DNA of 64,000 bases from the NCBI GenBank assembly GCA_017396695.1, contig JAFQLC010000002.1, positions 8,534-72,533 of the forward strand, in the 5' to 3' direction. This document shows positions 48,092 to 57,258 of the stretch, one piece after another; within the stretch, counting starts at the first letter, position 1; each line of letters opens with the position of its first letter. Origin of the DNA: a bacterium (GTDB lineage: Bacteria > Cyanobacteriota > Vampirovibrionia > Gastranaerophilales > Gastranaerophilaceae). The translations under genes were made by a program, and so were the position numbers. The notes beneath the pieces were generated by a model. The model searched no databases and was not told where the DNA came from. It saw only the letters and a list, made by a program, of their open reading frames with translations.

Positions 48092-48933
48092 AGCCAAGCT
48101 TTTTGAAAGGATTTTTAACTCATTTAATATTGATTTTAGTATGTTTTTTATCGCTTTTACCTTTGCTTTGGCTTACTTCAACTGCCTTTAAAGGTGCTAA
48201 TGAAAATATTTTCGCATATCCGCCAATATTGCTTCCCGAAAGCCCGACATTTAAAAACTTTAGTGAAGTTTTAAAATATGTCCCAATTCTAGGCTATATT
48301 TTAAATAGTTTCATCGTTGCAGGAGTCACAGTTGTTTTAAACGTAGTTTTATCTGCTCTTGCCGCTTATCCTTTAGCAAGAATGGAATTTAAAGGGAAAA
48401 AAATTAGTTTTTTCCTTATTCTTTCAACAATTATGGTTCCTTTTCAGGCAATTATGCTTCCTGTTTATATAATTACTTTGAAGTTAGGGTTATCTGATAC
48501 AAATGGTTATATTGCGGGATATTTGGGTATGATTTTGCCTTTTGCCGTTAATGCATTTGGAATTTTCTTATTGAGGCAGGCTTTTATTTCAATTCCTCGT
48601 GAACTTGAAGAAAGCGCCTTTATTGACGGTTGCAATGTTCTTCAAATTTGGTTTAAGATTTTACTTCCGCTCATACTTCCTCAAATTACAGTTCTTGCAA
48701 TATTCACATTTATTGGTTGCTGGGGCGAGTTTTTATGGCCAAGTATTGTGCTTACTAAAGAGGCGCTATTCACATTGCCTGTTGGAATTAATAACATGTC
48801 TGGTGTTTTTGCCTCAAATTACAGGCTTGTTGCGGCGGGTTCTATTATTTCAATAATCCCGATAATTGTATTTTTTGTATCACTTCAAAAATACTTTATT
48901 AAAGGTTCAAGCGAAGGCGCAGTTAAAGGCTAA
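48088..48933 (+). CDS. carbohydrate ABC transporter permease (MalG/UgpE-like)
   Basis: EAA loop EESAFIDGCNVLQIWFKILLPL. Overlaps the upstream permease by 4 nt. Confidence 0.85.
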   Translation: MKPSFLKGFLTHLILILVCFLSLLPLLWLTSTAFKGANENIFAYPPILLPESPTFKNFSEVLKYVPILGYILNSFIVAGVTVVLNVVLSALAAYPLARMEFKGKKISFFLILSTIMVPFQAIMLPVYIITLKLGLSDTNGYIAGYLGMILPFAVNAFGIFLLRQAFISIPRELEESAFIDGCNVLQIWFKILLPLILPQITVLAIFTFIGCWGEFLWPSIVLTKEALFTLPVGINNMSGVFASNYRLVAAGSIISIIPIIVFFVSLQKYFIKGSSEGAVKG

Positions 48934-48982
48934 GTTTTTTATTAGTAAAACTAAAGAATAATTTTGATTCTGTTTAAAAAAC

Positions 48983-49804
48983 CTATACTGCAACTATTAT
49001 CATTTTGTGGCGGTTAGCATAATCAATCATTTTTTCTTGTTCAACAATGATTGTTCTTCCAGCTTCAAGCGCCAAAACATTTGCGCCATGTTTTTTCATT
49101 ATTTTAAGGGTTCTAAGGCCAACTGTTGGAATATCGAAACGCATATCTTGCTCTGGTTTTGCAACTTTAACAACAATTGCATTCTTTTTCCTTGCAAGCT
49201 TGCAACCTCTGACTATGCACTTGTCTGTGCCTTCAATTGCTTCAACTGCAATAATCATTTTGTCTTTTACAACGACAGATTGACCAATATCAATCTTGCC
49301 TATTTCTTTTGCGATTTTAAAGCCGTAATTTATGCTTTCTGTTTGCATTTCGTCAGGTTTAAGGGTTGTAAAATTACCTTTTGACACAATTAAATCTTTG
49401 ATAAAAATTGTTTGATCAAGAATTGTTACTCCAATTTTTTCAAGTTCTGCAACAAGCATGAGCATAATGGCATCATCATTTAATTTTGAAGCACTTTTTA
49501 AAAGAGAAATTGCCATTGGTTCAAGAATTGGCCTTTTAAGCAGAGACATTTTTGAAACCTTACCAATGAAGGTTAATTGTTTTGCTTTGTTTTCTTGAAG
49601 GAATTTTTTAATGCTATTTAATTGACCGCATCCATAAGAAACAACTTTATCGCAATATTTTTTAAGTTCTTTGTAATTATCAGAACTTAATGACACTGCA
49701 AGCACCTTAAAGCCATTGCTTTTAGCGTTTTTTGCCATTCTAACTGGTAGTTGTCCATCGCCTGCGATTAAAAATTGAGTATTATCTAAAATTAAGTTTG
49801 ACAT
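48983..49804 (-). CDS. lpxI: UDP-2,3-diacylglucosamine pyrophosphatase LpxI (DUF1009)
   Basis: LIAGDGQLPV, DIGQSVVV..IIAVEAIEGTDKCI and DMRFDIPTVGLRTLKIMKKHGANVLALEAGRTIIV parallel Caulobacter LpxI blocks. Confidence 0.85.
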   Translation of the reverse strand: MSNLILDNTQFLIAGDGQLPVRMAKNAKSNGFKVLAVSLSSDNYKELKKYCDKVVSYGCGQLNSIKKFLQENKAKQLTFIGKVSKMSLLKRPILEPMAISLLKSASKLNDDAIMLMLVAELEKIGVTILDQTIFIKDLIVSKGNFTTLKPDEMQTESINYGFKIAKEIGKIDIGQSVVVKDKMIIAVEAIEGTDKCIVRGCKLARKKNAIVVKVAKPEQDMRFDIPTVGLRTLKIMKKHGANVLALEAGRTIIVEQEKMIDYANRHKMIIVAV

Positions 49805-50763
49805 TATAATTCCATATCTCCGCTATCTTCTGTGTTTATGCTTGTTTTCACATTTCCGTCAGCCGTAAAGCCTTTTGGGTTTAATATAAGTTTAATCCTA
49901 TCTGCTTCAATTGAATTTCCTTTTTCTGTAATTTTAGAGCGTCCTGTGAAAATAACTTCGTTTGCTTTGTTTGTTTTTTCATCCACAAGTAAATGTGCTT
50001 TTGGACCTTTTGCAATATAGTCTTTATATTCAATTGTAACATGACCAGCTGCAATTAAAGATTTTGTGTAGCGGTTAAAAATTTGCCTATCAGCGATTGT
50101 GTAAACCCTTGTGCCATCTTCAAAAACAACGTCCGAGGTAGTGTTACCAGAAATTACAAAATCGCCTTTTTTCATGTCATAGTCAAAGTTGTTTCCTTTA
50201 ACAATGTTCCCTTTTTCTTTAATAACAACATTTCCGCGAAGCTTAAGATTGTCGATTTCTCCGCCATTATCTATTTTTGCTTCAGCATATTCTGAATAAG
50301 TTTCAAGAGTGTCATATGTAATTACAACACCACCTTGAGCCTTCATGATTTTGGTGTTTGTGTCATATTCTTGTGTGTCAGATGTTACAACTACAACTGG
50401 TTGCCTGTCTTGCATTATGATTGATTGAGTGTTTCCTGAGGCATAGAGTTTTTTATTTAAAAGTGAAACTTTAATTATTTGAGATTTAATTTCGTGCTTT
50501 TTACTTCCTTTTTCTTGGAATGCGTATGGATTTTCAAGAAAAGTTGCAAGCGATGGTTTTTTTGTTTTAGGGTCTAGGTCAAGTTTAGCGCTTGGGCTTT
50601 TTACAATAATATCGCCTATTTGAACCTGCACGTCGCCTGAAAATAACCCTTTGTTTTTATCAACATCAAGTTGCTGGTGCTTTGCGCTAATATCAATTTT
50701 TGCAGCATGTACACATGGTGCAAAAATAAAAAAGCTTAGCATTATGATTAATATTTTTTTCAT
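49804..50763 (-). CDS. lptA: LptA/OstA-family periplasmic LPS transport protein (extended, 319 aa)
   Basis: Signal peptide, then repeated OstA-like beta-jellyroll segments (I.A......F.G.V.V pattern appears at least twice). Lies immediately downstream of lptC. Confidence 0.65.
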   Translation of the reverse strand: MKKILIIMLSFFIFAPCVHAAKIDISAKHQQLDVDKNKGLFSGDVQVQIGDIIVKSPSAKLDLDPKTKKPSLATFLENPYAFQEKGSKKHEIKSQIIKVSLLNKKLYASGNTQSIIMQDRQPVVVVTSDTQEYDTNTKIMKAQGGVVITYDTLETYSEYAEAKIDNGGEIDNLKLRGNVVIKEKGNIVKGNNFDYDMKKGDFVISGNTTSDVVFEDGTRVYTIADRQIFNRYTKSLIAAGHVTIEYKDYIAKGPKAHLLVDEKTNKANEVIFTGRSKITEKGNSIEADRIKLILNPKGFTADGNVKTSINTEDSGDMEL

Positions 50764-51341
50764 TTTTTCTCCGCTATATTTTTGTTCTTTTTATACACAT
50801 TTGTAACAGAGTTACCTTCAATTTTGAAACGGGTCAAATCGGTGCTAAAATAAGCCCTTTCACTCGATGTAATTATATCATTGTTTTTGTTGATTTTGAC
50901 ATTTCCTTGGGCTTTAATGAATTCTTCTTTTCCCTTCCAAATGAATTCGTCAGCTCGAACTGCTGAGCCTTCTTTTGCCACAACATAAATGTTTCCCGTC
51001 ATATGAATTTCTTTTGTTTTTTCGTTATATCTGCCTTCATCGGACCTAAAGCTCATCATGACTTCTTCATTTTCATCGTAAAAATTTCCAATGATATCAA
51101 TAAGTGTCACTGTGCCGTCCGAGCTTGAATAGTAACCTTTTTTGGCATACATTTCCCAATATTTTTTATGTTCTTTTGTTTCAGTCAAAAATAGATTTTT
51201 AACTTCCAATTTTTGGCTGCTTAAACCATCTGAATCCGTTGCACGAATATCTCTTGTTACCCACCATGACCACACAAAGCATGATAGACATAAAATGGTA
51301 ACGGCTGAAAAAGCCCATATGTATATGTTCTTCTTTTTCAT
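50760..51341 (-). CDS. lptC: LptC-like LPS export protein
   Basis: A single N-terminal TM anchor followed by a beta-rich domain of about 160 aa. Synteny directly upstream of the lptA-like gene with a 4-nt overlap. Confidence 0.6.
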   Translation of the reverse strand: MKKKNIYIWAFSAVTILCLSCFVWSWWVTRDIRATDSDGLSSQKLEVKNLFLTETKEHKKYWEMYAKKGYYSSSDGTVTLIDIIGNFYDENEEVMMSFRSDEGRYNEKTKEIHMTGNIYVVAKEGSAVRADEFIWKGKEEFIKAQGNVKINKNNDIITSSERAYFSTDLTRFKIEGNSVTNVYKKNKNIAEKK

Positions 51342-51388
51342 ACCAAAATTTTAGCATAAAGATATTAAGTTTACATTAATATTTAATC

Positions 51389-51413
51389 TTGCAATTAATT
51401 TAAGTGATATAAT
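51389..51413 (+). promoter_or_regulatory. candidate extended -10 promoter
   Basis: TGaTATAAT at 51405-51413. A TTGCAA lies at 51389-51394, but the 13-nt spacer is too short for it to act as the -35. Confidence 0.35.
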
Positions 51414-51527
51414 GTAATTCGTACACTTATTTTAAGACTTGGTTTTATTAATTTTTGTTAATATTTTCAGAAAAAAAGACAATTTCTGGCATTCACGATT
51501 TTTCTAGAACCTTGTAATAGAGTTTAT

Positions 51528-52070
51528 TTGTTCATGGTAAAAATAAATCCTGTAAAAAATAACAATAATAAACTAACTTTCAGGGGTGCTAGCCCAATGA
51601 AGCTCGGCAACAAATTGACAAAAATATTCACAAGACTCCCTGAAGTTATAAGCACACCTCAACAAAGAATGCTTGTTGGGGGTTCTGCGCTTATTTTGCA
51701 CCCGATTATTGATTTAAATAACAAAAAAGTTGATAAAAGAACTCGTGAAACCTCTGCTTCTCGTTCTATGTCAAGAGCAATTATAGGCACGATTTCAGGC
51801 ATTGCAGTTCGCTCTTTGTGTAATAACGCTGGAGATAAACTCTCTAAAAGCAAGAACCCAGCGCTTGCAATTGATGCTCTTAAAAATGCAGATAGCGCTC
51901 AATTAAAACGCTATGGTGTTGTTCTAGGTAGTATTTTATCATTGCTTGCACTCTCTGTTACAAACTTTATTTTCGATGTTCCTTTAATTAATAAGTATCA
52001 AAACTTAATTAACGAAAAAGTGTTTAATAACAAGCCACAGGATAAGATTGGGGGCTTGGATGAAAAATAA
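51528..52070 (+). CDS. hypothetical membrane protein (180 aa)
   Basis: Two hydrophobic helices separated by a basic/Ser-rich loop. No known domain. Confidence 0.55.
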   Translation: MFMVKINPVKNNNNKLTFRGASPMKLGNKLTKIFTRLPEVISTPQQRMLVGGSALILHPIIDLNNKKVDKRTRETSASRSMSRAIIGTISGIAVRSLCNNAGDKLSKSKNPALAIDALKNADSAQLKRYGVVLGSILSLLALSVTNFIFDVPLINKYQNLINEKVFNNKPQDKIGGLDEK

Positions 52071-52641
52071 TATTTTCAAACGAACACTTACAACTCTTTA
52101 TGAAAAATTTGCAAAAAACGATAACACTGCACGTTTAATCATTGTTGCTTCAACTGGCTGCATGATTCTTGCAAGTATTGCGAATTTAATTGGTATTTCA
52201 ATTGACAGAAAAACATCAAAAGAAGAAAAACTTTTCTTACTTCCGCAAGAGGCAGCGGATGGCGTTTTAAATATCGGGTTATATTATTTCTGCTCCGAGG
52301 CAATGAGAAAAGCCGCAGTTAAAGCTGTTGATTCAGGAAAAGTTATATTTAAAGATGTTGCAAAAAATTCTCCTGAATTTGTTAAAGGGAGAGAAGGCGT
52401 TGCCCTTGTTGCATCAATTATAGGCTCGATTGTTTCAAGCAATATCATTACCCCAATTATCAGGAATGCTATTGGCGCAAAAGCAAGAAGTAAAATGCTA
52501 AAAGAAACTGGTAAAAAGGCGCCAGAAACACCAGATTATATTGTTCGCCCTATGCCAAAAGTGCCAAATGCTCCAAGTGTTCAGCACTTGAACACTACTC
52601 CATTAAGAATTGATAGAGTTCCATCAGGACTTAGAGTATAG
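52060..52641 (+). CDS. hypothetical membrane protein (193 aa), possible distant paralog of the preceding gene
   Basis: ATG at 52060 (GGGGG 5 nt upstream) is preferred over the TTG at 52048. The helix / charged loop / helix layout resembles the upstream protein. Confidence 0.55.
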   Translation: MKNNIFKRTLTTLYEKFAKNDNTARLIIVASTGCMILASIANLIGISIDRKTSKEEKLFLLPQEAADGVLNIGLYYFCSEAMRKAAVKAVDSGKVIFKDVAKNSPEFVKGREGVALVASIIGSIVSSNIITPIIRNAIGAKARSKMLKETGKKAPETPDYIVRPMPKVPNAPSVQHLNTTPLRIDRVPSGLRV

Positions 52642-53334
52642 TTTCTCTTTTACGTATTTAACCATTTCAAAATATTTTTGAGATAACTCAATTTCAGAAA
52701 TGTGTAGCTTTTTCGCTATTTGTGCTTGTTTAAGTTTTTTAATATATTTCAAGTAAAAAATTTTAATGTAATCTTTTGTATTTGGCACTGTGCTTGCTTC
52801 TGTCAGGATGTCTAAAATTTTATTTGCAACATCTGCAGGCACAGTTTTTGTCTTATTTGTGATTTTTGGGTCTTCAATATGCTCATATAATTTTTCTGGG
52901 TTAAGAGTTGGAAGCTCATCGCACGAAACATCAAAAACAATTTTTTCTTCTGTGTATAATTCAAGTTCAGGTTCTTTTTCTGCTTCTGTATCGTCTTCAA
53001 ACTCAATTATTTCTTCAATTTGAAGAATGTCTGCTTCTTGCTCTTTGACCTCTTTCTTTTCAGGTTTTGCGAACTGAAGAACCTCTCCTCTTTGCTCTGC
53101 ATTTTCTTTTTGATGTTTGGATAAAACATTTTCTGCGGTTTTATCTAGGAATTTTTCAATTAAGGCATCGTCAGATAAAGTGCCCAAAAATAAAGCAGAT
53201 TTTTTTGCAACAAGCGGAATTAATTCTTCTAGCTTTAGGCTTGATGTTGTGTATAGCTTTGATTTTATCAAAGCTTTTCTGATTAATTCTGTATGTCTGT
53301 TTGTTAATTCCAAATTTCTCACCAATTTATACAA
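52624..53334 (-). CDS. hypothetical protein with an acidic linker and a C-terminal sigma-70 region-4-like HTH
   Basis: The C-terminus IFYLKYIKKLKQAQIAKKLHISEIELSQKYFEMVKYVKEKL resembles a region 4 / LuxR-type HTH. The middle is Glu-rich. Confidence 0.5.
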   Translation of the reverse strand: MYKLVRNLELTNRHTELIRKALIKSKLYTTSSLKLEELIPLVAKKSALFLGTLSDDALIEKFLDKTAENVLSKHQKENAEQRGEVLQFAKPEKKEVKEQEADILQIEEIIEFEDDTEAEKEPELELYTEEKIVFDVSCDELPTLNPEKLYEHIEDPKITNKTKTVPADVANKILDILTEASTVPNTKDYIKIFYLKYIKKLKQAQIAKKLHISEIELSQKYFEMVKYVKEKLYSKS

Positions 53335-53360
53335 TTATATAATATCATAACTTGAAAAAA

Positions 53361-53369
53361 TGTTATAAT
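53361..53369 (+). promoter_or_regulatory. candidate extended -10 promoter for the SLH-domain gene
   Basis: TGtTATAAT lies about 65 nt upstream of the ATG at 53435. Confidence 0.35.
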
Positions 53370-53434
53370 ACAATATTGTCATATTTTTATCCTTGATGTA
53401 AACTATACTTAGACATTGGGAGATTTTTATTAAT

Positions 53435-54667
53435 ATGAATAAGATTTTTGCAAAATTATTTATCGTGTTAACTATGTTATTTGCTTTTGGTGCTCAAACC
53501 AATGCATTGGTTGTGAATGACATTAAGGCAGATAATTCTCGTGCACCTCAAATTAAAGCTATGCTTGAAGCTGGACTTATGACAGTTGATGCAAATGGCA
53601 ATTTTAATCCAAAAGGTTCAATTGCACGACAAGATTTTCTTTCAGTTTTCTTGAATACTTGTAAGCTTCAAGTTTCAGATGCTGAACTTATGAATATGTT
53701 TAAAGATGTTTATCCAGACATGAAAACATATGATGAAATCACACTTGCTGAAAATTATGGCATTGTTTTTGGTTATCCTGATAGCACATTTAAACCTTCT
53801 GCGCCAATTACAAAAAGCGAAGCGATTAGTTTGATTTCAAATATTTTCATCAAAAACTATAATGATGATTCAATCCTAAGTTCATACACAGATGCTGACA
53901 AAATTCCTGCTTGGGCTCGTTATTCTTATGTCAAAGCGGCTCATAATGGATTTTTACCAGCAAGTGGCGAATTGGACCCTAATGGGCTTTTAACTCGTGA
54001 AGAAGTTGCAAGCTTTATGACAGATGTTTTTGTTCATATTAATAGCAACTTTAAAACATTCTCTTTTGGTAGAGACAAACAAAAAATCAAAGCAATGTTT
54101 TTGCAAGATGAAATCCTTGAAGTTTCACCAAAAGCGCCAGAAAATGCAGTTAGTCAATATAACGTAAAAATGGTTGTTCAACCATATAACTTAGCACCAG
54201 TTCACTTTGAAAGCGATTTCAATTCATATAAAGCTGCAATTGGTGACAAAGTTGAATTTGTTTCTGAAGAAGATTTAGTTACAAATCAAGGCACTTTGGT
54301 TTACCCTGCTGGAACTAAAATTGTTGGTACAGTTATACAAAAAGAAAAATCAAGATGGCTTGATAGAGAGCATAAATGCACACTTGATATTGCTAAAATA
54401 ATTACTGTTGACAATTTAAATATCAATTTTGAGGCAGCACCATATTCAGAAAATAGAAAATTGTACATTGTTAAGGGTGGTAAAGAAGTTGCAAAAGATA
54501 GAATTGAAGCGGCAACAAGAGCAAAATATCTTTTAAACTTCAAAGATTTTGTTCGCCCATCACTTAAATATAATGTTAAAAAAGGCGATAAAATATATTT
54601 GCTTTTAACAGGCGGTTTGGTTGTTAGAACAGTTGACCCTGAGCTTGTTGACAACTCTAACTTATAA
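53435..54667 (+). CDS. S-layer-homology (SLH) domain protein
   Basis: Signal peptide (..FGAQTNA), then three SLH-like units (e.g. GYPDSTFKPSAPITKSEAISLI; DPNGLLTREEVASFM). The C-terminal ~200 aa are of unknown function. Confidence 0.7.
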   Translation: MNKIFAKLFIVLTMLFAFGAQTNALVVNDIKADNSRAPQIKAMLEAGLMTVDANGNFNPKGSIARQDFLSVFLNTCKLQVSDAELMNMFKDVYPDMKTYDEITLAENYGIVFGYPDSTFKPSAPITKSEAISLISNIFIKNYNDDSILSSYTDADKIPAWARYSYVKAAHNGFLPASGELDPNGLLTREEVASFMTDVFVHINSNFKTFSFGRDKQKIKAMFLQDEILEVSPKAPENAVSQYNVKMVVQPYNLAPVHFESDFNSYKAAIGDKVEFVSEEDLVTNQGTLVYPAGTKIVGTVIQKEKSRWLDREHKCTLDIAKIITVDNLNINFEAAPYSENRKLYIVKGGKEVAKDRIEAATRAKYLLNFKDFVRPSLKYNVKKGDKIYLLLTGGLVVRTVDPELVDNSNL

Positions 54668-55309
54668 TTAATTCAAAATATTTTTTAAAAAACTTAGTCG
54701 GTGCACATCTGATGCGCCGACTTTTTTAATTGCTTGAATGTGCTCGGCCGTTAAATAGCCTTTATTTTTTTTGAAATTGTATTCAGGATATTTTTCAGAT
54801 AATTTTTCCATATAATTATCTCTTGAAACTTTTGCAATAATGCTTGCAGCTGCGATTGTTGCGGATTTCGAATCACCCTTGATTATTGTTTGTTGTGTTT
54901 GTTTGAAATTCGGGAGCCTTCTATTTCCATCAACAAGCAATATAAATTTTTCTGGGTTTATATCTTCAATTACCCTCTCAGCACTTGTTTGCATGCCAAT
55001 ATATACGGCTTGCAAAATATTGATTTTATCAATAATTTCGGGTTTTATTGTTCCAACTTTGAAATGCCCGCATTTGATTAAAATTTTGTATAGTTCTTTG
55101 CGTTTTTTTTCGCTTAATTTTTTGGAATCGTTTAATATCTTGAGTGTTTCTAGTTCATCTTCAGATAAACTCGTCCTAAACTCTTTTTTAAAGCAATAAG
55201 CGCAAACATACAAATCTCCAGCCGCTGGGCCTCTTCCTGCTTCATCGGTTCCAATTATTGTGCCAAATTCTTTTGACATTTCCTCATCAAATTTAAACAG
55301 GGAGTTCAT
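54668..55309 (-). CDS. rnhB: ribonuclease HII
   Basis: IIGTDEAGRGPAAGDL, DSKKLS, VDGN and GDSKSATIAAASIIAKV are RNase HII motifs. Confidence 0.9.
   Translation of the reverse strand: MNSLFKFDEEMSKEFGTIIGTDEAGRGPAAGDLYVCAYCFKKEFRTSLSEDELETLKILNDSKKLSEKKRKELYKILIKCGHFKVGTIKPEIIDKINILQAVYIGMQTSAERVIEDINPEKFILLVDGNRRLPNFKQTQQTIIKGDSKSATIAAASIIAKVSRDNYMEKLSEKYPEYNFKKNKGYLTAEHIQAIKKVGASDVHRLSFLKNILN
54696..54728 (+). terminator. Rho-independent terminator of the SLH gene, embedded in the 3' coding end of rnhB (opposite strand)
   Basis: AGTCGGTGCA-catctga-TGCGCCGACT (10-bp stem with one G-U pair) followed by T6. Confidence 0.6.
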
Positions 55310-56132
55310 CTAAAATAAATTTTCCTATTTTGCATTGTCTAAAATTAACAAGAACAAATTTTGATGTGCGCTCTATGTCTGCTTCTGCACCTTTTTTAAT
55401 CCAGTTTCTTGCAAGAGCAACTGTTTCTAAGGTAATTTCATCATTATTTAGATTGTAATATTCTCTTAATTTTTTTTCATCAATTTTTGCTAGAATTTTT
55501 AAAAGCTCAGATGCAACAAACTCGTCGTCATACGAATTTTCACCAATTGAACCTATTGTTGCAAGCTTGAGATTGATTTCAACATCAGATTGAATTGGCG
55601 GAATAATCCCTGGTGTGTCTAAAAGTTCAAGCTTGTCATTAATTCTAACCCATTGTTGATTTCTTGTAACGCCTGCCTTTTGACCTGTTTTTGCTTTTGA
55701 GGATTTTGTTAGTCTGTTTATAATTGTTGATTTTCCAACATTTGGCATACCTATTACAACTGTTCTGACTGCTCTTGGTAATAATCCTTTTGCTTTCCTT
55801 TTCTCAAGCATTTCTGAGGCAAGGAGAATAGTTTGGTTAATTATTTCTTTGATATTATTTGTGTTGCTGTTAGTAGAAATCACAGGGAGTGAGTATTTTT
55901 CTTTATAATAATTTTCCCATTTTTCAAGTTCAGATTTATCTGTTAAATCTGATTTGTTAAATATAATTAGCCTTGGTTTCCCTTTTGTGAGCTTCTCAAC
56001 TTCTGCGTATTTACTTGAAAATGGGAGTCTCGCATCAATTACTTCAATTATGACATCAATCAAATTAAGCTTTTCTTGAAGCTCTCTTTGCGCTTTTGCG
56101 ATGTGCCCTGGATACCAATGAATGTTTGACAT
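55293..56132 (-). CDS. rbgA: ribosome biogenesis GTPase A (YlqF/RbgA)
   Basis: HWYPGHIAKAQRE, DARLPFSS, the circularly permuted order NKSDL ... GMPNVGKST and DTPGI. Confidence 0.9.
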   Translation of the reverse strand: MSNIHWYPGHIAKAQRELQEKLNLIDVIIEVIDARLPFSSKYAEVEKLTKGKPRLIIFNKSDLTDKSELEKWENYYKEKYSLPVISTNSNTNNIKEIINQTILLASEMLEKRKAKGLLPRAVRTVVIGMPNVGKSTIINRLTKSSKAKTGQKAGVTRNQQWVRINDKLELLDTPGIIPPIQSDVEINLKLATIGSIGENSYDDEFVASELLKILAKIDEKKLREYYNLNNDEITLETVALARNWIKKGAEADIERTSKFVLVNFRQCKIGKFILDELPV

Positions 56133-56154
56133 AAAACTTTCTTTTCTATTAAAT

Positions 56155-56176
56155 AAAGCCCTCGTTAAAGGGCTTT
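56155..56176 (-). terminator. hairpin terminator after rplS
   Basis: On the minus strand: AAAGCCC-tttaacga-GGGCTTT followed by ATTT. The T-run is weak. Confidence 0.45.
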
Positions 56177-56182
56177 AAAAAC

Positions 56183-56536
56183 TTATCTTTTTTCCATTTT
56201 CTCTTTAATACGAGTTGCTTTGCCTGAGCGTTCTCTTAAGTAATAAAGTTTAGAACGGCGAACATCACCTCTTCTTAGAACTTCAACTCTTTCAACCCTT
56301 GGAGAGTAGAGTGAGAATACTCTTTCAACGCCAACGCCTTGGAAAGTTTTTCTAACTGTGATAGTTTTTGAAACACCTGAACCGTGTTTTTTAATGATAG
56401 TGCCTTCGAAAGCCTGAGTTCTTTCTTTGTTACCTTCGATAATTCTTACATAAACTTTTACACTGTCGCCTGGGTTTAAAACAGGAAGTTCACGGTCTGT
56501 GTATTTTTTTTCTAATTCGTCAATAATCGGATTCAT
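56183..56536 (-). CDS. rplS: 50S ribosomal protein L19
   Basis: 117 aa. PGDSVKVYVRIIEGNKERTQAFEGTII and RRSKLYYLR are typical of L19. Confidence 0.95.
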   Translation of the reverse strand: MNPIIDELEKKYTDRELPVLNPGDSVKVYVRIIEGNKERTQAFEGTIIKKHGSGVSKTITVRKTFQGVGVERVFSLYSPRVERVEVLRRGDVRRSKLYYLRERSGKATRIKEKMEKR

Positions 56537-56616
56537 TTTCTTATACCTTTAAATTTCTAGCAATTGACTATATCATAAGCAAAACAAAAAACTTTTTCAA
56601 GTGGTATTTTAAATAA

Positions 56617-57258
56617 TTATGACAAATTTTTAAGAGCTTCTTCGATATTTTCTGATTTATATATATAATTTCCTGCAACAAGTGAATTTGCGCCAAGTTC
56701 TCGGCAGATTTTCCCTGTTTCTTTGTTTATTCCGCCATCAACTTGAAGAATTAAGTTTTTATTATATTTTTCTTTGTATTCTGATAATTTTGTAAGTTTT
56801 TCTGCGCAATTTTGCATGAATTTTTGACCGCCAAAACCTGGTTCAACAGTCATAACAAGCACTAAATCTAGTTCTCTGATGTATTTTTCAATAATTTCAG
56901 GGGACGTGTTTGGTTTTATGCTAAGCCCAGCCTTCACGTCTTTACTTTTGATGTATTTGATTAAATCAAGAGTTTTGTCTTCTGTTGCTTCAACATGGAA
57001 GGTGATTAAATCAGAACCAGCCAAAATGAAATCATCAACATATTTTTCGGGGTTTGAAATCATTAAATGAGTGTCTAAAAATATCCCTTCTATTTTTCTC
57101 AACGATTTTACAACTGGAGCGCCGATAGTTATATTTGGCACAAAGTGCCCGTCCATAACATCAAGGTGAAACCATTGAACACCAAATTGTTTAACCTTTC
57201 TTATCTCTGATTCTAAATTCGCAAAATCTGCAGATAAAATTGAAGGCGAAATTATCAT
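56617..57258 (-). CDS. rpe: ribulose-phosphate 3-epimerase
   Basis: ISPSILSADF, HLDVMDGHFVPN, MTVEPGFGGQKF and QVDGGI. Confidence 0.93.
   Translation of the reverse strand: MIISPSILSADFANLESEIRKVKQFGVQWFHLDVMDGHFVPNITIGAPVVKSLRKIEGIFLDTHLMISNPEKYVDDFILAGSDLITFHVEATEDKTLDLIKYIKSKDVKAGLSIKPNTSPEIIEKYIRELDLVLVMTVEPGFGGQKFMQNCAEKLTKLSEYKEKYNKNLILQVDGGINKETGKICRELGANSLVAGNYIYKSENIEEALKNLS

Noticed and set aside
12614-52070. Possible shared N-terminal tags: [hydrophobic]-x-F-[KR]-G within the first 25 residues of the 301-aa (IAHFKG), 180-aa (LTFRG) and 128-aa (VSFG) proteins, and P-[IM]-K-L-G-N in the 906-aa and 180-aa proteins
   Set aside because: Matches of 4-6 residues are expected by chance in Lys/Asn/Gly-rich N-termini. 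They are noted only in case a genome-wide search shows enrichment.
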